Source: an uncultured Acidobacteriota bacterium
GTDB lineage: Bacteria; Acidobacteriota; Thermoanaerobaculia; UBA5066
DNA: 64,000 bases
Reading direction: 5' to 3'
NCBI GenBank assembly: GCA_963779415.1
Contig: CAVZYA010000002.1
Span: 160,001-224,000, forward strand
Position numbers and translations under genes: made by a program. This document shows, one piece after another, positions 11,477 through 19,601 of this stretch. The notes below the pieces were generated by a model, which saw only the letters and a program-made list of their open reading frames with translations, was not told where the DNA came from and did not search any database. Each line of letters starts with the position of its first letter. Position 1 is the stretch's first letter.

Positions 11477-12880
11477 ATGCGCCGGCGCGCTCTTCTCGCC
11501 CCGGTTCTCCTCGTGGCCGGCTGCACGATGGGGCCGAACTACGTGCCGCCGCAGGTGGACGCTCCCCCCGCTTACCGGTACGAGGAGAAGGACGCTCAGG
11601 CGACGGCCAACACCGCCTTCTGGAAGCAGTTCGGAGACCCCGTCCTCGACGGGCTGATCGCCGAGGCGATCGCGAACAACCCGCAGGTCCTGATCGCCGC
11701 GGCCCGTGTCGAGCAGGCGGCGGCCGTTCTGACGCAGACGACGGCACCGCTCTATCCCCAGGTCGGGTACGGTGCCTCGGGAGGACGGGCCCTGGGGAGC
11801 GAATCGAACGCCACCCCCATTCCGCCGTCCGTGGCGAATCCCCAGACTTCCCTGCAGACGCTGGCCGGCGCAAGCTGGGAGATCGACCTCTGGGGGCGGA
11901 TCCGGAGACTCTCCGAAGCCGCTCGGGCGAACCTCCTCGGCGCCGAGGAGGCCCGCCGCGCCGTCGTCCTCTCCCTCGTCTCGTCCGTCGCCACGACGTA
12001 CATCCAGCTCCTCGGCTTCGACGAGCAGCTCGCCGTCTCGAAGCGCTCGCTCGGGACCTACGCCGAGTCGGTGAGGCTCTTCGAGCTGAAGTTCGCTCAC
12101 GGCCAGGTCTCGCAGATGAACGTCGAGCAGGCGCGAACGCAGTACGAGACGGCGGCGGCAGTCATCCCGCAGATCGCCGTCCAGATCGTCCGGACGGAGA
12201 ACGCCCTCTCGACGCTCCTCGGGCGCAACCCCGGCCCCGTCGCCCGGGGGAAGACGATCGACACGATCGCCCTCCCCACGGTCCCCGCCGGGCTTCCGTC
12301 CGAAATCCTGGCCAACCGGCCCGACATCCGGCAGGCCGAGCAGGATCTCGTCGCCGCCAACGCGCAGATCGGGGCGGCGAAGGCCCTCTATTTCCCAAGC
12401 ATCTCCCTCACGGGAGCGTTCGGATGGGCCAGCGCCGACCTCTCGAACCTGTTCAAGGGGCCCGCGCTGACCTGGAGCTGGACCGCCTCCCTCACGGGGC
12501 CCCTCTTCGCGGCCGGTTCGATCAGGGCCCAGGTGAGACAGGCGGAGGCGGGGACGAAGGCGGCCCTCCTCGGTTACCAGGCGTCGATCCAGAGTGCCTT
12601 CGCCGACGTCGAGAACGCCCTCGCCGGCCACCGGTTCCTCGTCGAGCAGGTAGACGCTCAGAGGCGCCTCGTGAAAGCCGGCAGCGAGTACGAGCGCCTC
12701 GCCCGGCTGCAGTTCGACGGCGGCTACGCGCCCTACTCCACCGTGCTGCAGGCCCAGCAGCAGCTCTTCCCCTCGGAGCTGAACTACGCCCAGTATCGCG
12801 CCCAGCTCTTCGGCTCGCTGGTCGACATCTACAAGGCGATGGGGGGAGGCTGGGTGACCGCGGCAGAGTCGGCGCGCTAG
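11477..12880 (+). CDS. RND outer-membrane factor lipoprotein (NodT/OprM family), second copy
   Basis: Lipobox VAGC-TMGPNY; WEIDLWGRIRR, GLPSEILANRPDI and YKAMGGGW motifs. Confidence 0.95.
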   Translation: MRRRALLAPVLLVAGCTMGPNYVPPQVDAPPAYRYEEKDAQATANTAFWKQFGDPVLDGLIAEAIANNPQVLIAAARVEQAAAVLTQTTAPLYPQVGYGASGGRALGSESNATPIPPSVANPQTSLQTLAGASWEIDLWGRIRRLSEAARANLLGAEEARRAVVLSLVSSVATTYIQLLGFDEQLAVSKRSLGTYAESVRLFELKFAHGQVSQMNVEQARTQYETAAAVIPQIAVQIVRTENALSTLLGRNPGPVARGKTIDTIALPTVPAGLPSEILANRPDIRQAEQDLVAANAQIGAAKALYFPSISLTGAFGWASADLSNLFKGPALTWSWTASLTGPLFAAGSIRAQVRQAEAGTKAALLGYQASIQSAFADVENALAGHRFLVEQVDAQRRLVKAGSEYERLARLQFDGGYAPYSTVLQAQQQLFPSELNYAQYRAQLFGSLVDIYKAMGGGWVTAAESAR

Positions 12881-12889
12881 GATGCCGGG

Positions 12890-13480
12890 ATGGAACTTCT
12901 CGACGCGCGACGGAGCGTTCTCGTCGTCATCGATTACCAGGGAAAGCTGATGGACCTGGTGGAGAACAAGGCGCGAGTCGTCGCCGTGGCGAAACGCCTT
13001 CTCACTCTCGGGGAGATGTTCGGGATTCCGGTCCTTCTCGCCGAGCAGTATCCGAAAGGGATCGGGCCGACGCATCCCGGGATCCGCGCCGCCTTCGACG
13101 CCGTCACGACGCCGAAAAGATACCTCGAGAAGACGACTTTCAGCTGCTGCGGCCAGCCGGACTTCGCGGCCCTCATCGACTCGATCCGCCCCCGGCAGGG
13201 GAGCGCGCCCCGGCAGGTCGTCGTGGGAGGCGTCGAGGCGCACATCTGCGTCATGCAGACCGTGATCGAGCTTCTCCGCGCGGGGGACCAGGTCCACGTC
13301 TGCTGGGACGCCGTCAGCAGCCGCGCTCCCGGCTACGCGGAACGGGCTCTCGACCGGATGGCGCAGGCGGGCGCCGTCATCACGAACCACGAGTCGGTCG
13401 GGTTCGAATGGGCCCGGGAAAAGAACCACCCCAGGTTCCGCGAGATGAGCGATCTCCTGAAGGGTAATCTGCCGGACTGA
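12890..13480 (+). CDS. Isochorismatase-family (YcaC-like) cysteine hydrolase
   Basis: LVVIDYQ, EQYPKGIGPT, KTTFSC, GVEAHICVMQT, DAVSSR and ESVGFEW motifs. Confidence 0.9.
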   Translation: MELLDARRSVLVVIDYQGKLMDLVENKARVVAVAKRLLTLGEMFGIPVLLAEQYPKGIGPTHPGIRAAFDAVTTPKRYLEKTTFSCCGQPDFAALIDSIRPRQGSAPRQVVVGGVEAHICVMQTVIELLRAGDQVHVCWDAVSSRAPGYAERALDRMAQAGAVITNHESVGFEWAREKNHPRFREMSDLLKGNLPD

Positions 13481-13512
13481 AGACAGAAGCTGCCAGAACG
13501 ACGCTCCCGGCA

Positions 13513-13527
13513 TGGCATGCCGCGTGC
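13513..13527 (+). promoter_or_regulatory. Putative sigma54 (-24/-12) promoter
   Basis: TGGCATGCCGCGTGC has exact GG-N10-GC spacing and a TGGCA 5' half. Confidence 0.5.
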
Positions 13528-13538
13528 GAAGGAGAGGG

Positions 13539-13590
13539 TGCGCACATTCCAACCTCTCCTCCAAGCCGCCTTCGGGCGGCTCCTTTTTTT
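13539..13590 (+). ncRNA. Candidate ~50-nt small RNA with C/U-rich (anti-SD) seed
   Basis: Lies between the sigma54-like motif and a strong terminator, contains CCAACCUCUCCUCC, and has no ORF. Inference only. Confidence 0.4.
13564..13590 (+). terminator. Rho-independent terminator
   Basis: AGCCGCC-TTCG-GGCGGCT hairpin followed by CC and T7. Confidence 0.85.
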
Positions 13591-13622
13591 CCTTCCTCCT
13601 GAATCGTTTACGATGGACCCCC

Positions 13623-14945
13623 GTGGCAGAGCCGCCCGTCTACTTCGCCTTCACCGGGGGGCGCCAGATCGGACCTCTCCAGTTCGCCGAGCTGGCGGAC
13701 CTGGCCGCACGGAGTGTTCTCCATCCCGACGATCTCGCGTGGAAGAGCGGCACGCCGGAATGGGTCCCCGCCTCGCAGCTTCTCGCGTTCCCGAAGCGTC
13801 CGTCATCACCCGAAGTGCCGGCATTCCCGTCACCGGGAGCCGAGGGCGTTCCCGATCTTGCGGCGCCTGCCACTTCGGCCGCGCCGGCCAGATCGGCTTC
13901 CGCTCCCCTGCGTCCGGCCGGTCCGGCGTCGCCGCCCGGAAAGTGGCCGCGCGTCACGATGACGAAGGGCTCCGACGACCCCGGCCTCGCGTTGGAGGAG
14001 ACGGGCGTCGGAAAGGGCTCGAAGGAGACCGCGCTCAATGAGGCCGAAGAGGCGCCCGCCCGGGCCCGTTCCCGGCTCTCGGGGCTTCTCCCCATCCGCC
14101 GGCTCAACGACGCGGCGGTTCTCGGCTCTCCGGTCACATGGTCGCTCGTCTTCTTCGGCGTCGGTCCGCTCCTCGTCTCGGCGGTCGCCGAGGACCCCTA
14201 CCTCCGGATCCGGCTCTTCGACTTCGGCTGCGGTGCGCTCTGGATCGCCTTCTTCTACTGGGCCTACCGGACCGAGGCCGCGACGACCCGGACCATCCTC
14301 TCGGTCTTCTTCGGGTCGGTCCTCTTCGCCCTCCTCTACTTCGGCCTTCTCGAGGGATGGCCCCCCATTTCGACGCTCCGGGGCGCGGCCGCAGGGGCGG
14401 GCTTCGGTACGCGCTTCATCGCCGCGCTCCTGGGAACGGCCCTCGTGCAGGAACTCGGGAAGGTGGCGCTCCTCGTCCTCATCGCGCGTGCGCTCGGCGA
14501 GCTGAACGAATTCGGAGACGGTCTCTTCTTCGGCCTCATCGCCGGAGCCGGGTTCGGCCTTTGCGCGTCGATCGTCCGTTCCTGGACGTTCGGCATCCCC
14601 GACGAAAAGGTCCTCCGCGCCTCCGACGCGCCCGTCGCGGCGCTCTATGCCTCTTTCCTCGGAGCCGCGGTCCAGGCTCTCGCTCTCCCCTTCCTTCATG
14701 CCGTCTGGAGCGCCATCGCCGGAGGCTTCGTGGTCCGCGGGCTTCCCTCGAAGGGTCGGCCGGCGGCACCCGGAACGATCCTTCTCGGCCTCGTCCTCGC
14801 CGTCGTCTTCCACGCGCTCTATGCGGCGCTCGCCCCGCCGGCGACGGCGTTCTTCTCGGTCCTCGTCGCCGCGGTGGCGCTCGCCCTCTTCCTCGCCCTC
14901 CGCCGCGACTCGGAGGAGCAGCCGATCCTCACGGCGCTGCGCTGA
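13623..14945 (+). CDS. GYF_2 (DUF4339) domain + Pro/Ala linker + PrsW-like intramembrane protease domain
   Basis: N-terminal GGRQIGPLQFAEL...DDLAWKSGTPEWVPA is a GYF_2 signature. The multi-TM C-terminal domain has QELGK, GAGFG, FLHAVW and FHALY at PrsW motif positions. Start chosen at GTG 13623. Confidence 0.75.
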   Translation: MAEPPVYFAFTGGRQIGPLQFAELADLAARSVLHPDDLAWKSGTPEWVPASQLLAFPKRPSSPEVPAFPSPGAEGVPDLAAPATSAAPARSASAPLRPAGPASPPGKWPRVTMTKGSDDPGLALEETGVGKGSKETALNEAEEAPARARSRLSGLLPIRRLNDAAVLGSPVTWSLVFFGVGPLLVSAVAEDPYLRIRLFDFGCGALWIAFFYWAYRTEAATTRTILSVFFGSVLFALLYFGLLEGWPPISTLRGAAAGAGFGTRFIAALLGTALVQELGKVALLVLIARALGELNEFGDGLFFGLIAGAGFGLCASIVRSWTFGIPDEKVLRASDAPVAALYASFLGAAVQALALPFLHAVWSAIAGGFVVRGLPSKGRPAAPGTILLGLVLAVVFHALYAALAPPATAFFSVLVAAVALALFLALRRDSEEQPILTALR

Positions 14946-16245
14946 TCCGGGCCGCCGGCTTTCCGAGGAGAAAGCCCTGTCCGTACCGGATCCCGAGCTC
15001 GACGAGGCTTCGGAGCTCCTCCTCCCCCTCGATCCCCTCCGCCACGAGCGTCGAGCCGATCTGTCGGCCGAGGGAAAGGAGGCTCGCCAGGACCTCTCGC
15101 TTGATCGCATCCTGATGGAGATTCCGGACGATCGACGTGGCGATCTTCATGAACTCGGGACGAAGCTGCAGGATCGTCTCGAGGCCCGAGTAGCCCGATC
15201 CGGTGTCGTCGATGGCGAAGCGGAAGCCCGCGGCGCGCAGCCGCTCGAGAACCTCGCGGAAGGCCGGGTAGTTCCAGACGATCTCCTTCTCGGAAACCTC
15301 GACGACGATCGAGGGGTGTGCCCGCTTCATCGCGGCCAGGTTCCTTTCATCGAGAAAGACGGGGTGCGTCAGGAGACGCGCCGAGGCGTTGACGAAGAGA
15401 ACGCTGGAGCGCACGGCTCGTGGAAGGGAGGAGAAGATCGTCTCGAGGCAGAGGTTCTCGAGCTCGAGGAGCATGTCCCCTTCGCGCGCGACCGTGAAGA
15501 GCGCATCGGGCATCTCGAGCTCGCTGCCCGCCGGGCCGCGGATGAGCGCTTCGTAGCCGAGGACCCTCCGGTCCGAGAGCCCGCGAAGCGGCTGCCAGAC
15601 GGCGTGCAGGCCGCGCCCCGAGAGGACCTCCTTCAGCGCCTCGACGCGCCCCTTTCGCGCGCCGCTCTGCTGCGCTTCGGCCACCCGGACCGCTTCGAGG
15701 ATTCCGCGCGCGAGGTTGCGCGAGGGACGAACGCGCGGGTCGTCGGTCACGGAGGCGACGCCGACGTAGACGTTCATCAGGTCGACGGCGATCCGCCCGA
15801 AGGCCTGGCGGAGACGGCGAAGGACCCCCTGTCGGATGCGCCGCGCCTCCGGCTCGAGAAGGGCGGATCGGCGCTCGGCCGGGCGCGACGAGAGATCGAA
15901 GAGGAGACAGAAGCCGTCGCAGCCGTTGAAGGAGAAGGAGCGATGGAGCCCCTTCAGCTCCGAGGTTTCGAGGTCCTCCCTGAGGCTCGAAGCGGTCAGG
16001 CGGAGGACGCGGTCGTAGAGCTCCCAGCCATAGAGGCTCTCCACGCCGGCGAAGCGCCCGAGCTGGAGGTAGACGATTCCCATCCCGGCGACCCGCTCGA
16101 AGCCGGCGCCCGGGTCGGGCTGAAGCGGCAGGCCGGTCACGACGTCGGTGGCGAGCCGCTCCATGCCGAGGCGCGCCACGTCGGCGACGGCCTCGGGAGG
16201 GGCGGGCGGCACGAGAGTCAGGGGACGATGTCCACGCGATTTCAT
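14929..16245 (-). CDS. EAL-domain c-di-GMP phosphodiesterase with degenerate N-terminal GGDEF-like domain
   Basis: WQP...YEALIRG, FVNAS, EVSE, IDDTGSGYS, AEGIE and GQGFLL motifs. The N-terminal part has DVVTGLP but no GGDEF. Confidence 0.88.
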   Translation of the reverse strand: MKSRGHRPLTLVPPAPPEAVADVARLGMERLATDVVTGLPLQPDPGAGFERVAGMGIVYLQLGRFAGVESLYGWELYDRVLRLTASSLREDLETSELKGLHRSFSFNGCDGFCLLFDLSSRPAERRSALLEPEARRIRQGVLRRLRQAFGRIAVDLMNVYVGVASVTDDPRVRPSRNLARGILEAVRVAEAQQSGARKGRVEALKEVLSGRGLHAVWQPLRGLSDRRVLGYEALIRGPAGSELEMPDALFTVAREGDMLLELENLCLETIFSSLPRAVRSSVLFVNASARLLTHPVFLDERNLAAMKRAHPSIVVEVSEKEIVWNYPAFREVLERLRAAGFRFAIDDTGSGYSGLETILQLRPEFMKIATSIVRNLHQDAIKREVLASLLSLGRQIGSTLVAEGIEGEEELRSLVELGIRYGQGFLLGKPAARISAAP

Positions 16246-16634
16246 CGCGACTCCTTGCGGCGTCCCCCGGAGGTCAGGGCGTGCACCTTCCGGCGAAGCT
16301 CCTCGACGCGGAACGGCTTTCTCAGGTGGTCGGTGCCGCCCACCTGAAGGGCCGTGATCTGGTCGCGCAGCTCGCCCCGCCCGGTCAGGAAGAGGACGGG
16401 GACGTTCTGCGTCGCCGTCTGCCGGCGGACGATGTCACAGAGCTCCCAGCCGTTCAGACCGGGCATGTTCACGTCGAGAACGAGGAGATCCGGGGGGTCC
16501 GCGAGGACGGCCAGAAGTCCGGCGCGGCTGTCGCTCGCCCCGGCGACCCGGTAGCCCTCGCCCGAGAGGGCCTCCGCGACGGCCGTGACGAGAGAGGGGT
16601 CGTCGTCGACGATGAAGACCGACGGGTTCGTCAT
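16242..16634 (-). CDS. Single-domain response regulator (receiver)
   Basis: MTNPSVFIVDDD...LVLDVNMPGLNGWEL...FLTG...KPF; 4-bp ATGA overlaps with both neighbours. Confidence 0.9.
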   Translation of the reverse strand: MTNPSVFIVDDDPSLVTAVAEALSGEGYRVAGASDSRAGLLAVLADPPDLLVLDVNMPGLNGWELCDIVRRQTATQNVPVLFLTGRGELRDQITALQVGGTDHLRKPFRVEELRRKVHALTSGGRRKESR

Positions 16635-17873
16635 GCGACCTCCGGTCTGTAGAGCGGGAACATGATCGTCACTTCCAGGCCGCGCCCCGGATCGGACAGG
16701 AGCGAGATCTTCCCGCCCTGCGCCTCGAGGAGCTCGCGAACGAGCGCGAGACCCAGCCCGCGCCCTTCGGCTCCCGAGGCCCGGGCCGCCTCGCCGCGAT
16801 AGGCGTACTCGAAGGCGCGCCTCTGCTCTTCGCGCGTCATGCCGATTCCCGTGTCGCTGATCACCACGAACGCGTGCTGGGCGGCGACGCTCGCGCGGAT
16901 CTTGACCTGTCCGCCGGACGGCGTGTACTTCACCGCGTTGTCGAGGACGTTCCGAAGCGCCCTCTGGATGGCGACGGGATCGGCCGCCACGACGATCTCC
17001 TCCTCGTCCGCGACGAACTCGATCAGGAGCCTCTCTCCGTGCGCGGCGCCGTAAGACGCCGCGAGCGAGTCGAGGAGCTTCAGAAGGTCGGTTCGGGGCC
17101 GCGGGCGGGGAGGCGGGGCGACCGGAGCGGCGCGGAGCGGGGCGGACGACGCCGGCGAGCGACTCCATCAGGCCGATCTCGTTTCCGAGGTTCGCCAGGT
17201 GCTCGGGGCGCGGCGGCTCCCCGCGACGCGCGCTCTCCGCGATGAGGTCCGCGTAAACCCGTACGACCGAAAGCGGCGACTTCAGATCGTGGAGAAGATC
17301 CTGCCTGGCGTCGCGAGCCGGGGACGTTTGCGAAGGGACGGCCCGGCTCCCGGTCGTCGCCGGGGCGTCGTTCCGGCTCTCCACGGCGGGCGCCGCCGCG
17401 AGAAGCCGGCCCCCGGCTTCGAGAACCAGGAGGACGGCCAGTGGCCAGACGACGCGAAGGACGGGCCCGACCGGAGGCGGAACGCCGCCGACCACGGCCG
17501 GCACCGCGAGCGCCGCCGCGCCGGCGGTCGCCGCCACGGCCAGAAAGCGTCCGGCGGGTGCTCCGTGGCCGACGCGCGCGAGAACGACCTCCAGGAGGAG
17601 AAGCGGATAGAGCTCGCTCGTGACTCCCCCCGTCAACGACAGCGCGAAGAGGACGAGCGTGAGAGAGGCGCCGAGGTCGACGGGGAGGGCAAAGACCCCG
17701 AAGGTGCGGCCGACGGACGGAACGAGGAGAAAGGCGCGCAGCGCCACGGCCCCGCCCGCGACCGCCGCAAGGCGAGGGACTTCCGGCGCCGCGGCGGCAC
17801 CGGAAGCCAGGACGAGGAGAATGGCGATGAGGAGCAGACCGGTCGAAAGGAGACCGCGCGCGAGGCTGCTCAC
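16631..17873 (-). CDS. Membrane sensor histidine kinase; 1-nt frameshift near 17135
   Basis: TM-rich N-terminus and H-box LLHDLKSPL in the 16242..17873 frame. The HATPase boxes NVLDNAVKY, ISDTGIG and GRGLGL are in the 16631..16990 frame, which extends upstream as RTDLLKLLDSLAASY. Confidence 0.85.
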
Positions 17874-17903
17874 GCGGACGCGAATCTTCCCGGGCCTCGC
17901 CCC

Positions 17904-19004
17904 TCAGTGGACATACGCGCAGCCGACCCGGAGCCGGCCGTCCGCGAGCGGAATGGCGCTCACGGTGCGCATGGCTACCCGGTGGGTCTCCGAGCTGTGC
18001 TTCTGGCGGATTTCACCCTGGAGAAACGAGGGGGGCTTTCCGTCCGAAGAGAGAAAGGCGAGGCCGCCATAGGAGATGTCACGGACTTCTGCGGTCTCTC
18101 CGCGCCGGGACCGCGAGCCGGGCAGTTTGACGGAGAGCCCCGGAACGTCGAAGCGCGGAAACCGCCGCGTGCGGCCGAAATCGGCGGAGGCCTGCTGCTT
18201 CGAACGATAGAGCCGGATGTCGGACATCTTCAGGAGGAAGTCGAGGAGACGTCCGTCCGTGGGAAACGACGCCACGCCGTACGAGAGACCCACCCGGAGC
18301 CCGACCTGGCGCGGAAGGCGAATCGTCCCGACCCGCCGCCTTATCCGCTCGGCCACCGTCAGGCTGTGAAGGATGTCGCTGTTCGGAAGGACGGCCACGA
18401 ACTCGTCGCCGCCGTAGCGGCACCCCGCGTCCACCGCGCGAAGAGAGGCCCGTATGGCCGCGGCCGTCCGCGCGAGGATGCTGTCGCCGACCGGATGGCC
18501 GAGCCGGTCGTTGATCCCCTTGAACCCCGTCAGATCCATCATCAGAACCGAGACGACGCCTCCGGTCCGCTCGGCACGTGCCACCTCGCGGTCGAGGTGG
18601 TCGAGAAGGAAGCGCCTGTTGTAGAGCCCCGTCAGCGGGTCGGTGATGGCGTTGAATCTCAGCGCTGAGACATCCTGATCGGAGAGGATCCGCGGCTCGG
18701 CGAGAAATCCGCGCCGGCTGTGAAACTCGTGGAGAAGCGCGGTCTGGAGCGACACGGGCGAGCCGAGGCTCTCGTGAAGCGCGGAGAGGAGCTTCAGAAC
18801 GCGCTTGAACTCGCGCTCGGCTTCGGTCGGCTCGAGCGTGACGCCGGTCCACTCGATCAGGAGAAGGCGAAGGAGTTCTCCCGCGCCGATCCCGTCCGCC
18901 GCGGCCGAAAGCTCCTGCTCGAAGGTTTCGCGTGCGAAGTTACGGGCTCGACCCAGCTTCGCGAGCCGGGCGACACGGGAAGCGACGTCCTGCTCTTTCA
19001 GCAC
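17904..19004 (-). CDS. Diguanylate cyclase (GGDEF) with C-terminal PilZ-like domain
   Basis: DPLTGLYNRR, DLTGFKGINDRLGH and RAVD-x5-GGDEF. C-terminal RRFPR and DISYGG match PilZ RxxxR and DxSxxG. Start uncertain (GTG 19004 chosen; ORF open to 19073). Confidence 0.88.
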   Translation of the reverse strand: MLKEQDVASRVARLAKLGRARNFARETFEQELSAAADGIGAGELLRLLLIEWTGVTLEPTEAEREFKRVLKLLSALHESLGSPVSLQTALLHEFHSRRGFLAEPRILSDQDVSALRFNAITDPLTGLYNRRFLLDHLDREVARAERTGGVVSVLMMDLTGFKGINDRLGHPVGDSILARTAAAIRASLRAVDAGCRYGGDEFVAVLPNSDILHSLTVAERIRRRVGTIRLPRQVGLRVGLSYGVASFPTDGRLLDFLLKMSDIRLYRSKQQASADFGRTRRFPRFDVPGLSVKLPGSRSRRGETAEVRDISYGGLAFLSSDGKPPSFLQGEIRQKHSSETHRVAMRTVSAIPLADGRLRVGCAYVH

Positions 19005-19065
19005 TTTCCGGACGGTTTGCTGCCCGCCGCAGATCGGCTTTTGAATTCCATCGAAGCGGGAAAAT

Positions 19066-19081
19066 TGTAACACGCGTCACG
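19066..19081. promoter_or_regulatory. CRP/FNR-family-like binding site in the divergent DGC/ferredoxin region
   Basis: TGTAA-N6-TCACG with AT-rich flanks; 4/5 match in each half to TGTGA-N6-TCACA. Confidence 0.4.
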
Positions 19082-19157
19082 GTTTCTTGGTGCGCCTGCA
19101 TCATGGGAATCGGGCCCGTTTTCCGGCAACTTCCTCTCCGCAAGGGGGGTTGCCACC

Positions 19158-19406
19158 ATGGCGATGATCATTCTGGACACATGCATCAACTGCGGGAACT
19201 GCGAGCCGGACTGCCCGAACACGGCGATCTCGCAGGGCTCCAGCATTTACCAGGTCGCTCCGGAAAAGTGCACCGAGTGCGTCGGCGCGTTCGACGCGCC
19301 GAAGTGCGTCGAGGTCTGCCCCGTTGACGGCTGCATCGTCGTCGACCCGGCTCACACCGAGACCCACGACGCGCTCGAGGCGAAGTACCACTCGCTCCAT
19401 CCCTGA
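19158..19406 (+). CDS. yfhL: YfhL-family 2x[4Fe-4S] ferredoxin
   Basis: CINCGNCEPDCPN and CTECVG...CVEVCPVDGCI; 82 aa. Confidence 0.9.
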   Translation: MAMIILDTCINCGNCEPDCPNTAISQGSSIYQVAPEKCTECVGAFDAPKCVEVCPVDGCIVVDPAHTETHDALEAKYHSLHP

Positions 19407-19436
19407 ACGCGGCGGGGCGCGGCCCCGACAGGAACG

Positions 19437-19460
19437 AGCCGGCGGCAGGAGCCGCCGGCT
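19437..19460 (+). terminator. GC-rich hairpin after the ferredoxin (probable terminator)
   Basis: AGCCGGCGGC-AGGA-GCCGCCGGCT perfect 10-bp stem; weak U-tract. Confidence 0.5.
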
Positions 19461-19531
19461 TGTCGTGCTTTCGGGGGCGGCACCTGATGCACTCGCATCC
19501 GGTGACAGCCCGGCGGTTTCTACCCCACATT

Positions 19532-19567
19532 GATCTCCAGGAGACCTGGCTCGACCTCCAGGAGGTC
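19532..19567. promoter_or_regulatory. Tandem palindromic operator candidates upstream of malic enzyme
   Basis: GATCTCC-A-GGAGACC (19532-19546) and perfect GACCTCC-A-GGAGGTC (19553-19567), 21 bp apart. Confidence 0.45.
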
Positions 19568-19601
19568 ACTCCGGGCCGGCTCCCCGTGTCGAGGAGGACG
19601 C

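Noticed and set aside
16242-17873. ORF-track 543-aa product as a hybrid kinase-receiver fusion
   Set aside because: An artefact of the indel near 17135. The HATPase domain is in another frame ending at 16631, and the receiver has its own RBS and ATG at 16634.
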